Of a DNA stretch of 64,000 nucleotides, positions 16,714 through 27,500 are shown piece after piece (position 1 is the first letter of the stretch; the number at the start of each line of letters is the position of its first letter). The stretch spans positions 1,152,001 through 1,216,000 of the forward strand of contig OZ246423.1 of assembly GCA_965231215.1 (NCBI GenBank), given 5' to 3'. Made by a program: the position numbers and the translations under genes. The notes beneath the pieces were generated by a model. The model was not told the origin of the DNA. It saw only the letters and a program-made list of their open reading frames with translations, and did not search any database. This DNA is from Candidatus Altimarinota bacterium (GTDB lineage: Bacteria; Patescibacteriota; Gracilibacteria; UBA4473).

Positions 16714-18915
16714 ATGATTTTGAACCTAAAATCTGCCTGTAGAACTGCGGTAAGCCGCACCAGGACAAGGAAAATGCTGATTTTATCAGTACTCATGCTT
16801 GTGCTTGGAGGTACGAGTTTTGCACAAAGTTTTCAGGTCAGAAATGCCGGAACCCTAAAAATTTTACAAACGAGACCTGATGCAGAGTCTGCGAGTTTTA
16901 TCGTTAGAGCGGATATGCGGATTGATCCGAATCACATGGTGATAATTGATGAACCGGTTACTACTACCCCTACTCCCACACCAACCACGCCTACACCTTC
17001 AGCGCCGGTTATCTCTAATTCAGGAGGAGGTTCTGGAGGTGAAAAATATGACGCTTCAAAGTGGATACTCGGGAGAGTGTATGACCAGCTGGTGAAAGCA
17101 AGAGAGGATGAACCTCTTTTGGCTTCAGCACCAGAAAGACCCGTGTTTCCAAAACATGGACCACCTGAAAATAGTTATATACCTGGAACGCAACTTCAGA
17201 CCAGTATAGTGCGAACAGAAACCATTGATCAATCAGATACTATTGATCAATCGGTTATTACAGAAGCTCCAAAACCTGAAAAAACAGTAGTAATACCGCT
17301 CAAAAAAGTGCTTAAAACGCCTTATGCCCCTGCCAGTAAAAAAGATTTTGTTATTCGGGAATCTTTAGAACTTGATTGGGATCAAGTGGATTTTCCTAGA
17401 GTTATAGAAGAGGATTATAAACTTTCGGCTTCTAAACCACTTAAAGAGGCTTGGAAGCCAGTATGCAAAACACTCTTTTATCATGGGGGTGACGAATTCT
17501 GGAAAATTATTGCTTCACTTCTTTTTTTCACACTTATAGGATTTACTCTTATCATTTTCCTTTTAGGTGTATTAGTACTGCTAATGCTTAAACATGAACG
17601 CGAAAAGAAAAGAGAGAAAAAGTGGAAAACAACGGCTAAAAGATGGCTTAAAAATATAGGGCTATTGAGTGCCATTATGATTAGTTTTTCCCATATTAAT
17701 ACGGTTTCAGCAACAACCACAACACCACAACTATTAATCTATGAAGGAGATCTTTTAAATAGCTCAGGAAGTCCACTGGGTGGTAGTTATGAGTTTAGAT
17801 TTAGTTTTTGGGATAATGCAGATTTTGAACCAACAGATGTGGTAGCCGGAGTACTCAATACGGCCGCTTCTGATTATCGTGGATGGACCGAAAGGCAAAC
17901 CGTAACGCTTGGATTTGATGGAGCTTTTTCTCATCAACTGGGTACCGTAACGGCCTTTACTACAGGGCTCTTTGATCAGGATTTTATTTACCTACAAGTC
18001 GAAGTTAAAGCGGCAGCAAGTCCTGACTCAAGCTTTGAAGTTATTGATGTAGAAACTTCAGATACGGCTATAGATCGTAAAATTATTGCCTCAGTGCCGC
18101 ATGCCTTCAATGCCAATAAATTGGACTACCGTAATGTGGGATATGGAACGGGGGAGATTCCTTATATTGATGAAGTTACCGGCCAACTTCCTGCGGGGAT
18201 TATTCCTGGAAGTGGAATCAGTATAACTGGTACGGATGCAAATACTTTTAGTATTGATCAAGATGGGGATGCTGGAGCGGGCGATACTCTTACATTAGAA
18301 TTTGGAAATACTATTGGTGAAACGCTTTCTTGGAACGGTATTACGGATCAATTTGAGTTGAGCGATGATTTTGACATTGCTGGAAATCTTATTGTTTCAG
18401 GGACGATTAATGGGGTAGTGGTAGGCACTCGAAATATTTCAGTAGTGCTCAGTCCTCGATATCCTAACTCAGCTTTTATCAAAGATGGGTCAGATAATCT
18501 TGGATCTATGTATGAAGAAAGTGATACCGTAAGTGGAAACGAAAAAAACATTCTGCGATGGGAAAGTCAGCAAGTAGGCACGCTGCAAGATTATGATACG
18601 ATTATTCGATTTCCGCTTCCTGGCAACTTTGATTCTTTTCAGGCTTCAGGTATTTCGCTTGACCTTAAAACCGATGGTGGTGGGCCAGTAGATGCAAAAC
18701 TTGATTTAATAGTAGAAAAAGAGGGAACAGCGGGGGACCAGCTTTCGGCTCTTGGGATAGGGCTTAACTCTCCAGGGGTTTGGGCTACACCAAACTACAC
18801 CATTGGTGGAACCTGGGTGGCAGGAGACATTATGGTGATCAAAATCAAAACCTACGCTCAAGGAACGAATTCAGTCCACCTTGGAGATATCAAACTTGAT
18901 ATGGTTACCAACTAA
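16714..18915 (+). CDS. Fibre-like surface protein 1 (signal peptide, P/T linker, TM, second internal signal-like segment, fibre module, C-terminal domain)
   Basis: PQLLIYEGDLLNSSGSPL...FRFSFWD domain, SVPHAFNA, GTDANTFSID...LEFG module, C-terminal YPN...DGSDN.G...QDYD...P.P..F domain. Confidence 0.7.
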   Translation: MILNLKSACRTAVSRTRTRKMLILSVLMLVLGGTSFAQSFQVRNAGTLKILQTRPDAESASFIVRADMRIDPNHMVIIDEPVTTTPTPTPTTPTPSAPVISNSGGGSGGEKYDASKWILGRVYDQLVKAREDEPLLASAPERPVFPKHGPPENSYIPGTQLQTSIVRTETIDQSDTIDQSVITEAPKPEKTVVIPLKKVLKTPYAPASKKDFVIRESLELDWDQVDFPRVIEEDYKLSASKPLKEAWKPVCKTLFYHGGDEFWKIIASLLFFTLIGFTLIIFLLGVLVLLMLKHEREKKREKKWKTTAKRWLKNIGLLSAIMISFSHINTVSATTTTPQLLIYEGDLLNSSGSPLGGSYEFRFSFWDNADFEPTDVVAGVLNTAASDYRGWTERQTVTLGFDGAFSHQLGTVTAFTTGLFDQDFIYLQVEVKAAASPDSSFEVIDVETSDTAIDRKIIASVPHAFNANKLDYRNVGYGTGEIPYIDEVTGQLPAGIIPGSGISITGTDANTFSIDQDGDAGAGDTLTLEFGNTIGETLSWNGITDQFELSDDFDIAGNLIVSGTINGVVVGTRNISVVLSPRYPNSAFIKDGSDNLGSMYEESDTVSGNEKNILRWESQQVGTLQDYDTIIRFPLPGNFDSFQASGISLDLKTDGGGPVDAKLDLIVEKEGTAGDQLSALGIGLNSPGVWATPNYTIGGTWVAGDIMVIKIKTYAQGTNSVHLGDIKLDMVTN

Positions 18916-19013
18916 AACAATCAAAAAAATTTAAGTAAAGTTTTTTTTAGAAAAAAGGGCTTTTTTTTTTGAATAAAATTGTTGTTCTTAGTATAGTCTT
19001 ATAAGTCTTGGTT

Positions 19014-20687
19014 ATGTCCATCAGGATTATAAAAACGCTTACTTTTTTGGGTCTTTCTGTTGTGTTGTCGACGGGGGTTATTTGGCAGTCTCATGCGGCA
19101 TTAGTATTTACGACTGAAGACAATGGAGTTCATGACCAGGTATTTTACATTGATTCTGGAGACACTTCCTCGGACTTTATCGACCTTGAATTTGGGACGG
19201 CCGTAGATGCTAAACTTAGGTATGATGTAATAAATGATAATTTTATCTTTAACCGAGATGTAAATTTTTCAGGCAATGTGGTGGAAGATGTTCGAGTAGA
19301 AAATTTAGCAACGCCTCCCACGTGTGATGCGGGGAGTATTGGGAGAATTTATTTCAATACAACCGATGTACTGTCTTATGTGTGTGATGGAACGACCTTT
19401 AATCCACTCGAAAATGTTTTAGGAGCTACAGTAGAATTTCCAGTGGTACAAGCGCGAAGAACTAGCACCTACACACTCACAACCGCCTTTGCAGATATTG
19501 ACCTGGACACAACCGATTTAGAAAATGATACAGTCAGCCTAGACCATGATGATACCTTACGTGACAGAATTAATATTGGGGAAACCGCTATGTACCAGAT
19601 TATCTATGGATACACGGCCGGAGGAACGGCTACGGGAACCCATGAAGCTCGAGCACGAGTGAGGGTAAACGACACCACTGTATTACCTGGATCAGAATCG
19701 GTAAACCGAAATTATCAAGTAGAATTTTCGACCACTTCAGCGTCTTTCTTGGCTAATCTTACAGCCGGGGATTTTATTTCATTACAGCTCAACAGAGACG
19801 CCACAGCCGATAGCACTCAAGACGATATCTATTTTTCAATTGTGAAACTTGAAGGAATTAAAGGAGACAAAGGAGACAAAGGAGATCCTGGTATCCCAGG
19901 ATCGGCCGGAATAGGGACGGATGAAAATACTTTTATTTTAGACCAAGATGATACAGGGGGAGATGTAAAACTACAGTTTGGAGCCACCTTAGATGAAAGC
20001 CTTACTTGGAATAGTGCTCAGACGCGATTTGATCTTAGTAATACGCTTAGAACTCTGGGGAATTTAGAGCAAGACGGGAATGTGCTAACGCTAGATGCAG
20101 AAAATGCAGGCGCTGGAGCTGACGTGGATATTGTCGCGAATCAGGGCAGTGATAATGATGGAACCTTGCGTTATAATGCGACCCTCAACCAGTGGGAAAT
20201 TAGTAATGATGGAGGCGCCTTTGAGCCTATCTCAGTATTGACTTCAAACATAGCACAAGTCTACCAATCTGGGACGACTACCTTTAATGCTGCTACGCCT
20301 ATAACGTGGGATGGGACAAGTACTACTTTTAGAGTAATAGATTCACAATACGCTCATTCTACTACAGCCAATCCAAGCCGAGTAACGGTCAATGCCGATG
20401 GTATTTATGAAGTGAATTATTCTATTGCTTGGGATACAACAGCTAATGCTCGTCGTACGGCCACTTGTGCCTTCTTTGTAAATGGCTCAGCGGTTACCCC
20501 AACCGTAGGAACAAGTCATGATTATTCCCGTAATAATAATGATGATTTTGGGAGCAATTCGTCTAGTTTTTTCTATGACTTTACGGCCGGGGATTACTAT
20601 GAGATTTACTGTCAAAGTACTGGAACTGCTGGAAGTATTACAACCCTGGCCAATCAAAGCTCTACGAGTATAAAACTGATTAGATAG
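19014..20687 (+). CDS. Fibre-like secreted protein 2 with short collagen-like segment and C1q/BclA-like domains
   Basis: Signal peptide; LVFTTEDNG N-module; GIKGDKGDKGDPGIPG; C-terminal SRVTVNADGIYEVNYSI. Confidence 0.7.
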   Translation: MSIRIIKTLTFLGLSVVLSTGVIWQSHAALVFTTEDNGVHDQVFYIDSGDTSSDFIDLEFGTAVDAKLRYDVINDNFIFNRDVNFSGNVVEDVRVENLATPPTCDAGSIGRIYFNTTDVLSYVCDGTTFNPLENVLGATVEFPVVQARRTSTYTLTTAFADIDLDTTDLENDTVSLDHDDTLRDRINIGETAMYQIIYGYTAGGTATGTHEARARVRVNDTTVLPGSESVNRNYQVEFSTTSASFLANLTAGDFISLQLNRDATADSTQDDIYFSIVKLEGIKGDKGDKGDPGIPGSAGIGTDENTFILDQDDTGGDVKLQFGATLDESLTWNSAQTRFDLSNTLRTLGNLEQDGNVLTLDAENAGAGADVDIVANQGSDNDGTLRYNATLNQWEISNDGGAFEPISVLTSNIAQVYQSGTTTFNAATPITWDGTSTTFRVIDSQYAHSTTANPSRVTVNADGIYEVNYSIAWDTTANARRTATCAFFVNGSAVTPTVGTSHDYSRNNNDDFGSNSSSFFYDFTAGDYYEIYCQSTGTAGSITTLANQSSTSIKLIR

Positions 20688-20773
20688 TAATTTAAAACAA
20701 GTTTAGAATTATGCAACATTATTAGATTCTAAAAAATGTGTTTTTTTGGTATAATCCTTGGATATTTTTATAC

Positions 20774-22573
20774 ATGTGTAGACCTTATCTAAGGCAAATT
20801 TTAATCTTTATCTGGCTCAGCCTAGCGGGGAACCCGCTTGCTGAGGCGGCACTAGTATTTACGACTGAAGATAATGGAACTCATGACCAGGTATTTTATA
20901 TTGATTCTGGAGATACTTCAGCGGACTTTATTGACCTTGAGTTCGGGACGTCTGTAGATGCTAAACTTCGGTATGATGTGATAAATGATAATTTTGAATT
21001 AAATCGAGACACCAATTTTGGAGGCAATGAAGTCACCGATGTTCGAGTAGAAAATGCTGGCTCGGCCCCTACTTGTGATGGGACTCGCATTGGACGTCTT
21101 TATTACGATACAGGTAATAGCTCAATCTATGTGTGTGATGGAAGTAATTGGAATTCGCTCGATAAAAGTACAGTACTAATTGATGAGGATGACAATACCC
21201 AAATTCAAGTAGAAGAAGGCGTGGATGATAATACAATTCGTTTTGATACAGCCGGAGTTGAACGAGGTGTTTTTGGTAGTACTGGAAACTTCACCCTCAA
21301 TAATTCGGCTGGAACGGCTGAAGTTATAACCTTTAACCAGGGGAAAGGAAGTTCATCGAGTGCGCCAGATATCCAATTTGGGACAGATGGATTACTAGTA
21401 GCTGAATCGGATTTAGTTTTGAATATAGATTCAGATAATTCAGAAACGACTGCGAATCTAAGAATTATGCACAATGCGAATAATACCACTACGGCCACAG
21501 AGTTAGCTCGGCTGGATGAAGCTGGAAATTTTGGCCTAGGAGTAGACCCTACCTCTGATTTGCATATTCGAAAAGTTTCTGGAAATACTCAAATTCTTTT
21601 AGAAACCAATGTCGATATAGGATCGGGAAACGATACGTCGTTGTTCTTCACTAGTGATGCTGATGGGACGCCTAACTCAGCAGGGTTAGGGCAGTTTAAT
21701 GATGGAGCTTTACGCTTTACTGGAGCTGGTAACTTAGCCGTTCCCGATGTGATTATTGATGATGCTGGAGAAGTAGGAGTAGGCGGGTTAACTGATCCTC
21801 AAGCGCAACTTCATATTCAGCACAGTGGTAGTGCCCTTAGATTTGAACGTACAGGATATGATACATATGAATTCCAACAATCACTGGGGACTGGATTAGC
21901 CATTCAAAATATAACCGATGCCCAAAATGAACTCTTTTTCACCGGCAATGGAAGTATCGTTGTGAATGGTACAGCTGAAACCATTGATAGTGATGGTGGA
22001 GCCTTTGTATTGGATGGAGGAGATTTATTTGTGGCTGATGAACTAGGGGTCGAAGGAGCTATTTATACAGACGATACCGCTACTAAATACCAATTCGTAG
22101 AAATGCATGGATGTGTAAGAGGTTCGGCCAACGCAGGGACTGTGGCGGGGGGCAATGCTCCGGTGGTGCGATTTGATGGTACTAACAATAGTCAGATGCG
22201 ATGTAGTCTGCCGGTTCCAGATGATTGGGTTGCGGGGACTGATATTAATATTGAAACCTACTGGTCACCTTCAGATAATACGAGTGGAGCGGTAGATTTT
22301 GATTTAGAATACGCTTTATTTGCTGTAGGAGAAACCGTTGCGACAGGAAGCTTTGTTGATACTATTCTAGGAACTACTTACGAGACAGTGAACCTAAATA
22401 CACAGTTAGATATATATGAAATGGTAGCCAATATTCCATCAGCTGATATTGCCCTCGATGATATGATAAGCTTTAACCTTCACAGAACGCCAGCAGATGC
22501 GGGTGATACCTATGGAGGAGATGTGAATATTCATATGATTCGTATGGCTTATACGGGTAAAAAACTAAAATAA
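20774..22573 (+). CDS. Fibre-like secreted protein 3 (tail-fibre-like beta repeats)
   Basis: Signal peptide; same N-module as protein 2; GNFGLGVDPTSDLHI and GEVGVGGLTDPQAQLHI repeats typical of phage-fibre-like proteins. Confidence 0.7.
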   Translation: MCRPYLRQILIFIWLSLAGNPLAEAALVFTTEDNGTHDQVFYIDSGDTSADFIDLEFGTSVDAKLRYDVINDNFELNRDTNFGGNEVTDVRVENAGSAPTCDGTRIGRLYYDTGNSSIYVCDGSNWNSLDKSTVLIDEDDNTQIQVEEGVDDNTIRFDTAGVERGVFGSTGNFTLNNSAGTAEVITFNQGKGSSSSAPDIQFGTDGLLVAESDLVLNIDSDNSETTANLRIMHNANNTTTATELARLDEAGNFGLGVDPTSDLHIRKVSGNTQILLETNVDIGSGNDTSLFFTSDADGTPNSAGLGQFNDGALRFTGAGNLAVPDVIIDDAGEVGVGGLTDPQAQLHIQHSGSALRFERTGYDTYEFQQSLGTGLAIQNITDAQNELFFTGNGSIVVNGTAETIDSDGGAFVLDGGDLFVADELGVEGAIYTDDTATKYQFVEMHGCVRGSANAGTVAGGNAPVVRFDGTNNSQMRCSLPVPDDWVAGTDINIETYWSPSDNTSGAVDFDLEYALFAVGETVATGSFVDTILGTTYETVNLNTQLDIYEMVANIPSADIALDDMISFNLHRTPADAGDTYGGDVNIHMIRMAYTGKKLK

Positions 22574-22574
22574 A

Positions 22575-24158
22575 ATGAAGAACTTCTATCCCCCTTTTTG
22601 GATCTTGATACTCACCTTCACCCCAACGGTGTGGGCGGATGATTTTGTACCTGAAGATCAAGAAAATGAGATTGTAGGAACCAGCTCCACCAATTTTACA
22701 ATTGATAGTGCCAATAGTGGAGGAGACCTTAAATTGCAGTTTGGGACAAACCTAGATGAATATTTGCAGTGGGATGCTACTAATCTTAGATTTAATCTAA
22801 GTGATACTTTAAGAGTAAGTGGTAATCTAGAACAAGATGGGAATATCCTGACTTTAGATACGGATAATACTGGAGCTGGAGCGGATATTGATATCGTGGC
22901 AGAACAGGGAAGTGATAGTAATGGAATACTCCGTTATAGTGCAGCTAATAACCGATGGGAAATTAGTAATGATGGGGGCCTCTTTAGCGGAATTGCTGCT
23001 GGGGGAACGATGTTAGTTTTTGATGAAACCTTAGCCAATAATGCTTCTACAGTCCTAACGCACTCAAGTGACTCAAATAATCAGAGAATCATTCAGGTAA
23101 AAGAGTTTATTACTAGTACTAGTGATACTGATACCTCTGTTGATTTTGATGAAGTAGATGAAGGGAATTATATCCAAGAAAATCCAACTACCGGTACAGA
23201 TTTCCTTGCTTCTTCGGTCAGACTTAGCGCTACTTTTGGAGGGACTGGAACCACTAATATGGCTTTAAATCAACCTAGTTCGGCTAGCAGTGAAAGTCAG
23301 CCATCAGAGGATGCTAACGACGGGGATGATGGAACTTTCTGGTATACCACTAATGGAGACTCAAATGGAGGCTGGTGGCAAGTAGATATAGGCCCCTCTG
23401 CTCCAGCGATAAACCAAGCTCAAATACGCTGGTTTAATGACACTGGAACTTATAATTGTAATCAATTAGATATTCAGGGGACTAACACCGATGGAAGTGG
23501 ATATACTACGGTTTATACAGCAGACACTAGTGGTGATGGGCAGGAAAATACTTATAACTTTACTCCTGCGGCCTATAGATACTGGAGATTTCTTTGTACA
23601 AATGCGGTAAATGCTAATTTCTATGTGATTCGGGAAGTAAGACTCTTTGAGGCTTTAGCTACCTACCCAACAACTCCGTTTTATGTAACCACCAATACCA
23701 ATAGCTTGACAACCAATAGCTGGGACGGGTTGACGACCCTAGACATAACTCAGACAACCCCCACTAGTACTTCAGTGCGGTATCTGGTATCTTTTGATGG
23801 TGGAACCACTTGGAAGTACTGGAATGGATCGGCTTGGACTAATTCAAGTTTGGCCAATCTTCAGACTCAAGGCATGACAGAAACGACTATCGAATCTATT
23901 TCTAGTGCACAGTGGTTTGCCGCTGGAGGCATTAATAGTGATGCTGCTGAGACTTTGGATTTTGCGATAGATTTAGACACAGATGATAATGCAGAAACCC
24001 CTTCAGTGGAGGGCATTTCGGTGACTTTTACGACCCCTAATTATTGGCAAGTGAATACTGAAAATTATGAAATTCAAGAATTTAATGATATAGAAACACA
24101 GGTTACCAATAAAACAGGGGCGAGCCAGACTGTAAAAATATCTATTATGGTTCCGTAG
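22575..24158 (+). CDS. Fibre-like secreted protein 4 with discoidin (F5/8 type C, CBM32-like) domain
   Basis: Signal peptide; GGDLKLQFG...GNLEQDGN...RWEISNDGG module shared with protein 2; NMALNQPSSASS...ANDGD...W...WWQVDIG...AYRYWR. Confidence 0.72.
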   Translation: MKNFYPPFWILILTFTPTVWADDFVPEDQENEIVGTSSTNFTIDSANSGGDLKLQFGTNLDEYLQWDATNLRFNLSDTLRVSGNLEQDGNILTLDTDNTGAGADIDIVAEQGSDSNGILRYSAANNRWEISNDGGLFSGIAAGGTMLVFDETLANNASTVLTHSSDSNNQRIIQVKEFITSTSDTDTSVDFDEVDEGNYIQENPTTGTDFLASSVRLSATFGGTGTTNMALNQPSSASSESQPSEDANDGDDGTFWYTTNGDSNGGWWQVDIGPSAPAINQAQIRWFNDTGTYNCNQLDIQGTNTDGSGYTTVYTADTSGDGQENTYNFTPAAYRYWRFLCTNAVNANFYVIREVRLFEALATYPTTPFYVTTNTNSLTTNSWDGLTTLDITQTTPTSTSVRYLVSFDGGTTWKYWNGSAWTNSSLANLQTQGMTETTIESISSAQWFAAGGINSDAAETLDFAIDLDTDDNAETPSVEGISVTFTTPNYWQVNTENYEIQEFNDIETQVTNKTGASQTVKISIMVP

Positions 24159-24546
24159 TTGAGGTTGAAAAGTTGTGCTGATCTTTTCTGGCACCATTTG
24201 GGGTTTTATAGATGAGGGAATGTAGAGATTTTTGAAGGGCTTTACTCTGTCCCATTTCAGGATGAAATTATATGAAATATAATACATATTTTTAATGCCT
24301 TTAATTTCTGTAAAAGCTTATTTTTAGAGTCTTGTATTGAGTAATTTTTTTATTCATTATTAAATTTAAGTATAATTTTTTTGTTCTTTTCTTTTGACAT
24401 TAATTTTTAATTAAAGTATACCGGTTTTGACCCCCCGCAAAAACAGTCTGGAAATCTTCAGAAAAATGGTTGAAACTTGCCATTTATTATGATACAATTT
24501 CCAGATTTTGTTTTATAAAAATCAAAACAAACCTAAAAAAATTAAT

Positions 24547-27500
24547 ATGAAACAATGGTTGAAACGGCAGTCGACGAGAAAGGGATTAAGTCTCTTAACA
24601 CTTGTAACGCTTAGTTATTCGATCTTTGCTCCTACCGCAGAGGCGCGCCTTATCTTTTCGACAGAAGATGATGGAACGGAATCTGACACTTATACTCTAG
24701 ACGTAGAAGGTGGGAATGCCGATGGAGCGAATGTGGATTTAGGAATTACCTTTGGGGGAGCGCTTAGCACTCCAGGGAGTCTTATCTATAATGATTCAAC
24801 CGGAGAATTTACTTTCAATAAAGCTGTGGATTTCGGAGGCAATGAAATTCAAGACTTTAGAGTAGAAAAACTCCCAACTGCTTCAGCTCCAACTTGTGCT
24901 GCCGCAGGTGATGCTGGACGAATGTATTATGATACAGACACTAATGAAATGATGGTTTGTACGGGAACGGTCTGGAATTCAGTAGAAGATCTTGATGGAG
25001 CGCTTACCGATGGGAACATCTTTGTAGGAAACGCCTCTAATCAAGCGACTGGAGTGACAATGAGTGGAGACGTAACGATTTCAAATACGGGCGTAACCAC
25101 GATTGGAGCGAATGCTATTGGATCAGCAGAAGTATCAAACAACACGCTTACCGCCGATGACCTAGCGACCGACTCAGTAGGAGCTGATGAGATTGCGGCT
25201 AACGCGGTAGGTTCAGCAGAGATTGCTACAAACGCCGTAGGAGACGATGAGATTGATTACACAAATGTAACGCTCTCTGACTTCACCAATGATCTATCAC
25301 TTACCTCTGCCAATATTTTTGTAGGGGATGGGTCAAACCAAGCGGCCGGAGTAGCTCTAAGTGGAGACGCGACCATCTCAAACACGGGAGTACTGACAAT
25401 CGGAGCGAATGCTATTGGATCAGCAGAAGTATCAAACAACACACTTACGGCTGATGACCTAGCTACTGATTCGGTAAACGCCGATGAGATTGCGGCTGGA
25501 GCGGTAGGAACATCAGAATTGAACGCTACAGGAGCGGGGAATGACAAAAGACTTACGACCAATGGAACTGGAGACATGGTATGGATAGATGATAATGCCC
25601 TTGATAATACCCTCACCTCCGCGAACATCTTCGTAGGTAACGGATCAAACCAAGCGGCCGGAGTAGCTCTAAGTGGAGACGCTACCATTGATAACACTGG
25701 TGCTCTAACTATTGCAGATAACGCAGTAGACGGAACCGATATTAGTGTAGCGGGTGAAGGCGCTGGTTCTGTAATGTACCATGATGGAACAGATTGGGTA
25801 AATCTAGGAGTAGGAACGGCCGGACAAGTATTATCGGTAAACGCTGGGGCTACAGCTCCTGAGTGGATTACAACCTCTAGCTCTTTAGAGGGGCTAACAG
25901 ATACAAATATTACAGGCGCTGCTGATGGAAACATCCTCGTATATGACAACACTAACTCTGAATGGGATAATGTAGCCGCTTCAGGAGACGCTACGATCTC
26001 AAATACAGGCGTCATTGATTTAGCCAATGGAGCTGTAGAAGCTTCAGAAATTGCAGACGGAGCGGTATCAGGAGGAACGGGAGGGGTCATTACCGACGAA
26101 TCTATTACCGCCGATGACCTAGCGACCGACTCAGTAGGTGCTGATGAGATTGCGGCTAACGCGGTAGGTTCAGCAGAGATTGCTACAAACGCCGTAGGAG
26201 ACGATGAGATTGATTACACAAATGTAACGCTCTCTGACTTCACCAATGATCTATCACTTACTTCTGCGAACATCTTCGTAGGTAACGGATCAAACCAAGC
26301 GGCCGGAGTAGCTCTAAGTGGAGACGCTACCATTGACAACACTGGTGCTCTAACTATTGCAGATAACGCAGTAGACGGAACCGATATTAGTGTAGCGGGT
26401 GAAGGCGCTGGTTCTGTAATGTACCATGATGGAACAGATTGGGTAAACCTAGGTATTGGAACCGCTGGCCAAAGACTACAAGTAAACGCTGGGGCTACAG
26501 CTCCGGAGTGGGTAACAGATAATGCACTTTCTGATACACTAACAGACGGAGATATCTTCGTCGGGAATGGATCAAACGTAGCGACTGGAGTGACAATGAG
26601 TGGAGACGTAACGATTTCAAATACGGGCGTAACCACGATTGGAGCGAATGCTATTGGATCAGCAGAAGTATCAAACAACACGCTTACCGCTGATGACCTA
26701 GCGACCGACTCAGTAGGAGCTGATGAGATTGCGGCTAACGCGGTAGGTTCAGCAGAGATTGCTACAAACGCCGTAGGGGACGATGAGATTGATTACACAA
26801 ATGTAACGCTCTCTGACTTCACCAATGATCTATCACTTACCTCTGCCAATATTTTTGTAGGGGATGGATCAAACCAAGCGGCCGGAGTAGCTCTAAGTGG
26901 AGACGCGACCATCTCAAACACGGGAGTACTGACAATCGGAGCGAATGCTATTGGATCAGCAGAAGTATCAAACAACACACTTACGGCTGATGACCTAGCG
27001 ACCGACTCAGTAGGAGCTGATGAGATTGCGGCTGGAGCGGTAGGAACATCAGAATTGAACGCTACAGGAGCGGGAAATGACAAAAGACTTACGACCAATG
27101 GAACTGGAGACATGGTATGGGTAGATGATAATGCCCTTGATAATACCCTCACCTCCGCCAACATCTTTGTAGGGAATGCATCAAATGTAGCTGCCGGAGT
27201 AGCGATGAGTGGAGACGCTACGATCAATAATACTGGAGCCTTGGATCTTGCTGATGATGCGGTAGAAGCCTCAGAACTTAACGCTGACACCGCTGGTCTA
27301 GGTATTACTCAAGCTGTTTCAGGAGCTCTAGATGTGAATGTAGACGATTCTACTATTGAAGTAGAGACTGACATTGTTCAGGTTAAAGATGACGGGATTA
27401 CCGCTGCTAAATTAAACGCTGATACAGCTGGAGACGGTCTGGTTCAAAATGGTGGAACAGGAGCTCTAGATGTAAATGTGGATGATACCACTATTGAAAT

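Noticed and set aside
25257-27290. Long antisense ORFs (277, 155 and 165 aa)
   Set aside because: Shadow frames of the repetitive, codon-biased fibre gene
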